Source of the DNA: an uncultured Acidobacteriota bacterium
GTDB lineage: Bacteria; Actinomycetota; Acidimicrobiia; Spongiisociales; ZC4RG35
Assembly (NCBI GenBank): GCA_963828465.1
Contig: CAWHEU010000017.1
Coordinates: forward strand, 1-11,676
DNA: 11,676 nt
Direction: 5' to 3'
The notes beneath the pieces are model-generated. The model searched no databases and was not told where the DNA came from. It saw only the letters and a list, made by a program, of their open reading frames with translations. The translations under genes were made by a program, and so were the position numbers. This document shows, piece by piece, positions 1 to 6,517 of the stretch (positions are counted from its first letter, which is position 1; each line of letters starts with the position of its first letter).

Positions 1-1527
1 AAGCCTGCTCTCTATGCAATCGACCCTGCTTCCAACGCGCTTACCCCCGAGGTTGCCCGGGAGGCACCTGTGCGTCCGACATGGGACGGGGATGCGTGGC
101 GGGTGCGCGTCGACCTCGGCAACGCTCTGTCCTGGTCGGACGGGCAACCCGTGACGGCCGCAGATGTCGTCTACACGTTCGAGACCGTGCGAAGGCTGGG
201 GCTCGGGGGCGACTGGGCCGATTCTTATCCCGAGGAGATCGAGGAGATGGTGGCCGAATCTCCCACCGAGTTGAGGATCGAGTTCTCGAGCCGCCCCGGA
301 CTCGGGCTCTGGCCGCATGGTGTCGGTCTGGCACCGATCATGCCCGCCCACGTCTGGGCCGGACAGACCGATGGCATCGACACTCCCGCCAAGCTCTATG
401 CGCTCGATCCCGAGGCAGACGTTTCCGGTGGCCCGCTCCAGATCGTATCGATCGCCGACGACCGGATCGAGACCGTGGCCAATCCGGGATATCCGGACCA
501 GGGCATCCCGGACGTCGTCTATTCCATTTTCGCCGACGAAGCCGCTGCGATCGCGGCCATGAAGACGGGTGCGATCGACACCGTGCTCGACCCGAACGGT
601 CTCTCCGACGAAGGCGTCTCCGCCCTATCCGGGACAACGGGTGTCGCCCTTGAGCGCAGCCCAGCCAATTCGGTGCGCTATCTCGGCTTCAACCTGACGC
701 GGGACCCGATGTCGAAACCACAGTTTCGGCAGAGTCTCGCCCTGCTGCTCGATCGAGGATGGGCCACCGAGACAGTCGTGCCGGATGCGACGGCGGCCTA
801 CACGACGCTGTCGTCCGCCAACGTGTCATGGTTCGACGAGGCCGAGGCGGCGTCGATCGCGGATCCCTACGCGCAGGCCCTCGAAACCCGGGTGAGCGCA
901 GCCATTTCCGGGCTGGAAGGCGTGGGTTACTCATGGGAGACCCCGCCTGCGGTGGTCGACGGCACTTTGGTGGCCGGCCTCGGGCTGACCATCGACGGCC
1001 AGCCCCCTGCTCCCCTCACCATCTTGACCCCGGGAGACGAGTACGACCCGGCGCGTCCTGACTACACAACCCGGATCGAGACCACTCTCGAGACGCTCGG
1101 GTTCGACGTGAGACCTGTGATCACCGACTTCGACACTGTCGTCGACCTGGCGTTCACGATGGATCAGTCCGGCGCCCGCCAGTACGACATGTATGTCCTC
1201 GGGTGGACGCTGGGCAATCCCGCCCTCCCCGAATACCACCGATGGCTCTTCGCCGGGGATGGGGCGGCCAACTCGACCGGGTACGCCAACGCCGACTTCG
1301 AAGCCAGTCTCGCCCGCTTCGAGCGGGCAGCAGCGCCCGACGAAGCAAGGGACGCGTTGTGGGGCATGGAGCGGGCTGTCGCACGAGATCTGCCCTATCT
1401 GGTCCTCTATCACCCAAACCTCGTCGAGGGATACCGGGCCGACCGCGTCCGGTTCGCAGAGCACGAAGTGCTCGGTGGGATACAGGGCCGCCTCGGCGGG
1501 CTCAGCGACCTGACCCCGGTCTCCTGA
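1..1527 (+). CDS. ABC transporter substrate-binding protein, family 5 (OppA/DppA-like), 5'-truncated by the window edge
   Basis: Frame 1 is open from base 1 (KPALYAIDPASNALTPEVA...), so the 70 start in the ORF track is internal. Family-5 SBP signatures: WSDGQPVTAADVVYTFE, YLGFNLTRDPMSKPQFRQSLALLLDR, NSTGYANADFE, DLPYLVLY. Stop TGA at 1525-1527. Confidence 0.88.
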   Translation, partial: KPALYAIDPASNALTPEVAREAPVRPTWDGDAWRVRVDLGNALSWSDGQPVTAADVVYTFETVRRLGLGGDWADSYPEEIEEMVAESPTELRIEFSSRPGLGLWPHGVGLAPIMPAHVWAGQTDGIDTPAKLYALDPEADVSGGPLQIVSIADDRIETVANPGYPDQGIPDVVYSIFADEAAAIAAMKTGAIDTVLDPNGLSDEGVSALSGTTGVALERSPANSVRYLGFNLTRDPMSKPQFRQSLALLLDRGWATETVVPDATAAYTTLSSANVSWFDEAEAASIADPYAQALETRVSAAISGLEGVGYSWETPPAVVDGTLVAGLGLTIDGQPPAPLTILTPGDEYDPARPDYTTRIETTLETLGFDVRPVITDFDTVVDLAFTMDQSGARQYDMYVLGWTLGNPALPEYHRWLFAGDGAANSTGYANADFEASLARFERAAAPDEARDALWGMERAVARDLPYLVLYHPNLVEGYRADRVRFAEHEVLGGIQGRLGGLSDLTPVS

Positions 1528-1538
1528 CCCACGACAAT

Positions 1539-1544
1539 TAGCCT
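1539..1544 (+). promoter_or_regulatory. Putative -10 element (TAGCCT) of a leaderless promoter for the pgsA-like gene
   Basis: TANNNT hexamer 7 nt before GTG 1552, with no Shine-Dalgarno in the gap. Confidence 0.5.
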
Positions 1545-1551
1545 CCGCGCC

Positions 1552-2148
1552 GTGACCGATACGGCAGCGAGCAACCGCATCCTGACCATTCCCAATCTGG
1601 TCTCTTTCGTCCGCTTGCTGGGAATCCCCGTGTTCTGGTGGGCCCTGCTCATCGAGGACAACGTGGTATTGGCCGCCTGGCTGATATTCATCATCGGATG
1701 GACCGATTGGATCGATGGCTATCTGGCCCGGCGCCTGGGTCAGGTGAGCGAGCTCGGCAAGATCCTCGATCCCGTGGCCGATCGACTGATGATCGCCTCG
1801 GCCGTGATAGGCGGTCTCATCGCCGACGTGTTGCCGGCGTGGTTCGGCTGGGGTTTGATCGCACGTGAGATCTTGGTAGGCGCCGTCGCCCTCAATCTCG
1901 CCGCACGTGGTGGGGGGACGGTAGAGGTGAGATTCGTGGGCAAGGCGGCCACCTTCGCCTTGTATGGGGCGGTACCCGCCTTCTACCTCGCCGCAGCCGG
2001 GGCGGCCGAATGGCTGCTGTGGCCGGTGGCTTGGATCCTGGGCATCATCGGGCTGGTGCTCTATTGGTACGTCGCCTTCCTGTATATCGGGGACAGTCGA
2101 GCAAAGCTCGCGGCGTTAAAGTCGTCGGCTGACCCCGAGGAGGCTTGA
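1552..2148 (+). CDS. pgsA: CDP-alcohol phosphatidyltransferase (PgsA2/Rv1822-like)
   Basis: TIPNLVSFVRL N-terminus and the CDP-alcohol motif DWIDGYLARRLGQVSELGKILDPVADR. Several hydrophobic segments. Position upstream of gcvH matches the actinobacterial cluster. Confidence 0.9.
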   Translation: MTDTAASNRILTIPNLVSFVRLLGIPVFWWALLIEDNVVLAAWLIFIIGWTDWIDGYLARRLGQVSELGKILDPVADRLMIASAVIGGLIADVLPAWFGWGLIAREILVGAVALNLAARGGGTVEVRFVGKAATFALYGAVPAFYLAAAGAAEWLLWPVAWILGIIGLVLYWYVAFLYIGDSRAKLAALKSSADPEEA

Positions 2149-2528
2149 TGGAGATTCCCGACGATCTGCTCTACACGGAAGAGCACGAGTGGATCCGCCA
2201 GGTGGGAGATTCCCTGGTGCGGATCGGGATCACCGACTACGCCCAGGACCAACTCGGTGACGTGGTCTACGTCGAGCTCCCGCCCCTCGGGAAAGAAGTA
2301 GCCAAGGACGACGTCCTGGTCGAGGTGGAGAGCACCAAGTCGGTCGGCGAGGTCTACGCCCCATTTGCCGGCAAGGTCACCAACGTGAACGAGAACATCT
2401 CGCAGAGCCCCGAGCTCGTCAACCAGAGCCCCTATGAGGATGGCTGGCTGATACTGATGAGTGTCGACGGCGAGATGCCCACCGATCGCCTGCTGGACGC
2501 CACCCGTTACCGGGACCTGACGGAGTAA
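2148..2528 (+). CDS. gcvH: Glycine cleavage system H protein
   Basis: YTEEHEW, GITDYAQDQLGDVVYVELP, lipoyl-lysine motif VESTKSVGEVYAP and PELVNQSPYEDGW. ATG 2148 overlaps the pgsA stop (TGATG), with SD GAGGAGG at 2137-2143. Confidence 0.97.
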   Translation: MEIPDDLLYTEEHEWIRQVGDSLVRIGITDYAQDQLGDVVYVELPPLGKEVAKDDVLVEVESTKSVGEVYAPFAGKVTNVNENISQSPELVNQSPYEDGWLILMSVDGEMPTDRLLDATRYRDLTE

Positions 2529-2560
2529 ATCGGTCGCCGGGCGAATAGCCGGCAAATCCC

Positions 2561-2566
2561 TATCAT
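2561..2566 (+). promoter_or_regulatory. Putative -10 element (TATCAT) of a leaderless promoter for the FHA gene
   Basis: Near-consensus hexamer 7 nt before GTG 2574, the probable true start of the FHA gene. Confidence 0.55.
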
Positions 2567-2640
2567 CTCCTCCGTGACCGACGAGCGCGTCCCCGGAGGA
2601 GCAGCCCGAACCTCGACTAGAGGTTGACGGTGATCCCACC

Positions 2641-3015
2641 GTGGTGTACGTCCCGATCCAGGATCGGGCGGACCACCCGATGACGAGGGAGGAGGCCTCC
2701 AGCCTCGACGGAGTGACGGGTTATGCCCTGATCGTCGAGAAAGGGCCTAAGACCGGGATGACCTACCTGCTCCCCGAGGGAAACACGACCGTGGGACGCC
2801 ATCCGGAGAGTGACATCTTCCTCAATGACGTGACTGTGTCCCGTCAGCACTGTCGGTTCGTCGCCGATGACGACGGTCTCGTCGTCGAGGACAGCGGGTC
2901 GACCAACGGGACCTATGTGAATGATGCCCGGGTCGACCAGGCAACATTGAAGGCCGGTGACGAAGTCCTCGTGGGAAGGTTCCATTTCGTCGTCGCCCAC
3001 GGCGATGACCGATAG
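2641..3015 (+). CDS. garA: FHA-domain protein, GarA/OdhI-like (true start probably GTG 2574, interrupted by a +1 frameshift at 2591-2594)
   Basis: FHA motifs GRHPESDIFLNDVTVSRQH and DSGSTNGTYVN. Located between gcvH and an FtsR-like MerR gene, as garA/odhI is in mycobacteria and corynebacteria. Confidence 0.88.
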   Translation: MVYVPIQDRADHPMTREEASSLDGVTGYALIVEKGPKTGMTYLLPEGNTTVGRHPESDIFLNDVTVSRQHCRFVADDDGLVVEDSGSTNGTYVNDARVDQATLKAGDEVLVGRFHFVVAHGDDR

Positions 3016-3682
3016 CCAGTCACTGAGCATCGGAGAGGTGATCAACCTCCTTCGTGACGACTTTCCCGATGTGTCCGTGTCGAAGATCCGGTTCCTCGAG
3101 TCACAAGGGCTCATCGATCCCGGGCGCTCCGACAGCGGGTACCGCCAGTTCGATCAGGAGGACCTGGCGAGGCTCCGGTTCATCCTGCAGCAGCAACGTG
3201 ACCACTTTCTCCCACTGAAGGTCATCAAGTCGAAGCTCACCCTGTGGGAGCGGGGAGAGGACCTCGCCTCCCGGACCGCCGTGCCGGCGCCAAGCCTGGA
3301 GTCGACAGGCGAACCCCTCAGTCGAGACGACTTGCTCCGCAGATCGGGTCTTTCCCCGACTGAGCTCGACGATCTCGTCCAGGTGGGAGTGGTGCGGCCG
3401 ATCGGCGATGCGGGGGTATTCGCCCCGGAAACAGGTATCGTCGCCACGGAGGCGAAGCGGCTCATGGACCAAGGTCTGGAAGCCAGGCACCTCCGTGCCG
3501 TGCGACTGTCTGTCGACAGGGAGGCAGAACTGCTTCGTCAGCTCGCCGCCCCGCTTCTTCGGGCCAACAACCCGGAGGCCAGGGCGAGGGCGATGGACCT
3601 CCTCGAGCTGAGTGGGGGATCGGTCCAGGCAATGCATCGCGCCATGCTCGAAGTCGAGCTAAAGCAACAAGTCACTACATGA
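3005..3682 (+). CDS. ftsR: MerR-family transcriptional regulator, FtsR/Rv1828-like
   Basis: LSIGEVINLLRDDFPDVSVSKIRFLESQGLIDPGRSDSGYRQF and QRDHFLPLKVIK are typical of this subfamily; second HTH region with GLEARHLRA. ATG 3005 (MTDSQ) is preferred over 2957 and overlaps the end of the FHA gene. Confidence 0.88.
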   Translation: MTDSQSLSIGEVINLLRDDFPDVSVSKIRFLESQGLIDPGRSDSGYRQFDQEDLARLRFILQQQRDHFLPLKVIKSKLTLWERGEDLASRTAVPAPSLESTGEPLSRDDLLRRSGLSPTELDDLVQVGVVRPIGDAGVFAPETGIVATEAKRLMDQGLEARHLRAVRLSVDREAELLRQLAAPLLRANNPEARARAMDLLELSGGSVQAMHRAMLEVELKQQVTT

Positions 3683-4671
3683 ACAGATCTTTTCGGGCAG
3701 TTGGGGCGCTAGCCCTCGTCTTGTTCCTCTTCGCCGCGCCCGTATCGGCGGCCCCGTTTACGTACCCGGCCCCAGTGCTCGAGACATTCCCTGCACCTGA
3801 GGCTCCCGACGTGACGGCCGGGTCCTGGATTCTCTACGACGAATCGACCGACACCGTCATCGCCGAGCTCAACGCCGACGAGGAGCGGGCCATGGCGTCG
3901 GTGACGAAGATCATGACCGGCCTGCTCACGGTCGAGAACTCGTTCCCGGCGGAGACCGTGACGATCTCGGAGCGGGCCGCCAATACCGGTGAGAAAGAGA
4001 TCGAATTGGTGGCGGGGGAGACCGTCTCGATGGACGCCTTGTTCAAGGCGCTGATGATCCATTCCGCCAACGACGCCGCCACTGCCATCGCCGAGCACAT
4101 ATCCGGGTCGGTCGAGGAGTTCGTGGCCCTCATGAATGAGCGAGCTGCTGAGCTCGGTCTCACCCACACGTCATTCGCAAATCCACACGGCCTGGATGCC
4201 CCCGACCACTACACGAGTGCCCGCGACTTGCTCCACCTCGCCCAGGTGGCGATGGAGAATCCCCGGTTCGCCGAAGTGGTGAAGGCCAAGAAACTGGTCT
4301 TCCCTCCAGCGCCTGACGGCACCCCCCGCACCGGCAGCTCGACGAATCTCATGCTCGAGTCGTACGACGGCTCTCTCGGCGTCAAGACCGGGTTCACTGC
4401 CCAGGCCCTGCTGACCTATGTGGCGGCGGCGGAGCGGGAAGGCCGGCGTCTCTATGCGGTGCTCCTCGGGTCCGATGGCGATCGTGCGCATTTTGCCGAC
4501 GCCACCGAGCTCTTCGACTACGGGTTCAAGGAGCTCGGGTTCTTCGGGGACGCGTCGACAGGCTCTCCCTATGTCGCCCTCAAGGGTCGACAGACCCCCG
4601 ACCCCTTGGTGTCGCTGGGAGAACATGGAGACCTACCTCCACCTGGCCGGCCAGGGGTTGATGTTGGATAG
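3679..4671 (+). CDS. D-alanyl-D-alanine carboxypeptidase (peptidase S11, low-MW PBP); true 3' end probably 4808 after correcting two +1 frameshifts
   Basis: Signal peptide (MNRSFRAVGALALVLFLFAAPVSA), SxxK (ASVTK), SxN (HSAND), NPHGLD and KTG (GVKTGFT). ATGA overlap with ftsR. Confidence 0.92.
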   Translation: MNRSFRAVGALALVLFLFAAPVSAAPFTYPAPVLETFPAPEAPDVTAGSWILYDESTDTVIAELNADEERAMASVTKIMTGLLTVENSFPAETVTISERAANTGEKEIELVAGETVSMDALFKALMIHSANDAATAIAEHISGSVEEFVALMNERAAELGLTHTSFANPHGLDAPDHYTSARDLLHLAQVAMENPRFAEVVKAKKLVFPPAPDGTPRTGSSTNLMLESYDGSLGVKTGFTAQALLTYVAAAEREGRRLYAVLLGSDGDRAHFADATELFDYGFKELGFFGDASTGSPYVALKGRQTPDPLVSLGEHGDLPPPGRPGVDVG

Positions 4672-4804
4672 CCCGAGCCCACTCCGAGCCCTTACCGGAG
4701 CCCGCCCCGCCACCAATCGTGGAGGTGACTCGGAATCCCGATCCGGCACCGAAGACCGTGATGGAGACGATGAGGTTCTGGCTGGACCTCGCTCTCGGTG
4801 TGGA

Positions 4805-5427
4805 ATGACCGCCTTCGATCACGCGGTCGAGGTCGTGACAGAGGAGGACATCGAGTCCCGGGTTGCCGAGCTCGGCCGGGCCATCACGGAGGACTATGCC
4901 GAACGTGAACCGCTCTTCACCGTGGTGATGACGGGTTCGATTCCCGTTCGCGGCCGATTTGGTCCGTTCGGTGGACCTGCGATCCGAGGTCGACTTCCTC
5001 GGCCTCAACCGGTTCGGGGAGAGCGGGCGGATCGGGATAGCCATGGACCTGTCCTCGCCGGTACTCGATCGGGACGTCGATCCTGGTCGAGGACATCACC
5101 GACACCGGTCTCACACTCTCGGTCTTGCGCCGAATGATCATGGACCGGGGCGCCCGCAGCGTCGCTACGGCATCGCTGATCGACAAGAAGGTGCGCCGTG
5201 TCACCGAGGTCCCCATCGAATACCGGGGGTTCGAGGTGGGGGATGAGTATCTGGTTGGCTACGGGATGGACTGGCAGGGCCTCTACCGGAACCTTCGTTC
5301 GATCTGGGCGGTCCTCGACATGGAGGCGTTCGTCAACGACCCGGCCGTGCTGGCCAGATCGCTCGAGCATGGCCCCCTGAGGGCCAAGACCCGCCCGGTG
5401 ATAACCTCAGACAGCAATGCCGGGTGA
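4805..5427 (+). pseudogene. hpt: Hypoxanthine phosphoribosyltransferase-like gene split across three frames (two +1 insertions, probably sequencing errors)
   Basis: ATG 4805: MTAFDHAVEVVTEEDIESRVAELGRAITEDY...MTGSI; shift at 4943-4945 to PFAADLVRSVDLRSEVDFL...DRDV; shift at about 5078-5079 to ILVEDITDTGLTL...LIDK...YLVGYGMDWQGLYRNL. These are the Hpt N-terminus, the PRPP-binding motif and the C-terminal GYG.D/YRNL motifs. Confidence 0.85.
5399..5407 (+). promoter_or_regulatory. Possible extended -10 element (TGaTAACCT) for the DUF151 gene
   Basis: TGn-TANNNT motif 9 nt upstream of ATG 5417. Confidence 0.3.
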
Positions 5428-5941
5428 AAAAGAGGCCCTCATCGCAATGGAAGTGGTGGGCGTGCGGGTGGAGCTTCCATCCAATCAGCCGATCGTCCTC
5501 CTCAGGGAGTCCGACGGGTCCCGCTATCTCCCGATATGGATCGGGGGCTCGGAGGCCACCGCCATCGCCACCGCCCTCGAGGGTGTCGTCCCGCCCCGAC
5601 CCCTCACCCATGACCTGATGCGCTCGGTCATCGACGCCCTGGGAGCCCTGGCAGTGCGGGTGGTCATCACCGAGATGCGGGACTCGGTGTTCTACGCAGA
5701 CCTCTCACTCGATATCTCGGGACGGGAGGTGCACGTGTCGTCACGGCCCTCGGATGCCATCGCCCTGGCCGTTCGAACCGGAACACCCGTCTTCGCTTTC
5801 CCCGCCGTCCTCGACGACGCCGGCGTCGTCTTCGAGGAGGAAGAGGAAAACGAAGAGGAAGAAGTCGCCAAGTTCAGGGAGTTCCTCGAGGAGGCGACTA
5901 TCGAAGACTTCCTCGGGGGCGGCGGGGAAGCATCCGACTGA
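5417..5941 (+). CDS. Bifunctional nuclease family protein (DUF151, Rv1829-like); alternative start ATG 5447
   Basis: VGVRVELPSNQPIVLLRE, RYLPIWIGGSEATAIA, PRPLTHDL, SRPSDAIALAVR and an acidic tail ending EVAKFREFLE. Confidence 0.92.
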   Translation: MPGEKEALIAMEVVGVRVELPSNQPIVLLRESDGSRYLPIWIGGSEATAIATALEGVVPPRPLTHDLMRSVIDALGALAVRVVITEMRDSVFYADLSLDISGREVHVSSRPSDAIALAVRTGTPVFAFPAVLDDAGVVFEEEEENEEEEVAKFREFLEEATIEDFLGGGGEASD

Positions 5942-5956
5942 TCTCTTTCCCCAGTT

Positions 5957-5965
5957 TTATCCACA
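5957..5965 (+). promoter_or_regulatory. Perfect DnaA box TTATCCACA
   Basis: Exact consensus 9-mer in an intergenic region, 7 nt upstream of a TTGACA -35 element. Confidence 0.6.
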
Positions 5966-5972
5966 GATTTCG

Positions 5973-6002
5973 TTGACACGGGTCCCTCGACAGGGGTAGC
6001 TT
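5973..6002 (+). promoter_or_regulatory. Sigma-70/SigA-type promoter: TTGACA-N18-TAGCTT
   Basis: Perfect -35 at 5973-5978, TANNNT at 5997-6002, 18-nt spacer. SD GGAGG lies just upstream of ATG 6047. Confidence 0.7.
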
Positions 6003-6017
6003 GCTCACAACGGCGGA

Positions 6018-6033
6018 GTTACACGGTTGTAAC
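6018..6033. promoter_or_regulatory. Palindromic operator GTTACA-cggt-TGTAAC
   Basis: Perfect 6-4-6 inverted repeat between the promoter and the SD of the MerR gene. Confidence 0.6.
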
Positions 6034-6046
6034 CCGGAGGACTCAT

Positions 6047-6517
6047 ATGACCCAAGAGCGGGAACTGGGCTACCGCGCCCCCCAGGTTTGCAAGCTGGTT
6101 GGCATCACCTACCGGCAGCTGGACTACTGGGCGCGCACAGACCTGATACGCCCCTCGCTCCAGCAAGCAACCGGCTCAGGCTCGCAGAGGCTCTATTCTT
6201 TCTCCGACGTGGTCCAACTCAAGGTGATCAAGAGGCTCCTCGACGCCGGGATGAGTCTCAAGAAGATCCGTTCGGCCGTCACCATCCTTGCCGAGCAACT
6301 GAACTCGGAGCGCCCTCTGGCCGACGTGACCCTCCTCAGTGACGGACAGACCATCTACGCCGCACACTCCGAACAGGAAGTCGTCGATGTATTCCGGCGG
6401 GGCCAGGGTGTGTTCGGCATCGCGATCGGTCCAGTCCAGGACGAGGTGGAAGGCGACATCCACCAACTGTTCCCCGGAGAAGAACTGGCCGGGGTCGTCG
6501 AAGCAGGAGCTACCTGA
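6047..6517 (+). CDS. MerR-family transcriptional regulator, Rv1830/McdR-like
   Basis: GYRAPQVCKLVGITYRQLDYWARTDLIRPS, GSGSQRLYSFSD, KRLLDAGMSL and LLSDG...EVVDVFRRGQGVFGIAI match this subfamily. Follows the DUF151 gene as in mycobacteria. Confidence 0.92.
   Translation: MTQERELGYRAPQVCKLVGITYRQLDYWARTDLIRPSLQQATGSGSQRLYSFSDVVQLKVIKRLLDAGMSLKKIRSAVTILAEQLNSERPLADVTLLSDGQTIYAAHSEQEVVDVFRRGQGVFGIAIGPVQDEVEGDIHQLFPGEELAGVVEAGAT

Noticed and set aside
2536-2553. GCCGG...CCGGC hairpin after gcvH as a terminator
   Set aside because: 5-bp stem, 8-nt loop and no U-tract.
4943-5079. Programmed ribosomal frameshifting in hpt
   Set aside because: No slippery heptamer or evident stimulatory structure, two shifts would be needed, and similar insertions affect neighbouring genes.
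4418-5137. 239-aa ORF as a separate gene
   Set aside because: Chimera of out-of-frame dac sequence, a displaced dac segment and the Hpt N-terminus, created by the frameshifts.
5424-5618. 64-aa ORF starting at a GTGA overlap with the hpt stop
   Set aside because: Out of frame within the DUF151 gene and not protein-like.
5834-5864. Purine-rich GAAGAGGAA repeats
   Set aside because: They encode the acidic tail usual in DUF151 proteins and are not an independent repeat element.
5984-5995. CCCT-cgac-AGGG dyad in the promoter spacer as a classical MerR operator
   Set aside because: Arms are only 4 bp and the spacer is 18 nt rather than the 19-20 nt of classical MerR promoters; too weak alone.
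5942-6046. Replication origin (oriC)
   Set aside because: Only one perfect DnaA box in about 105 bp, no extended AT-rich unwinding element and no dnaA/dnaN context.
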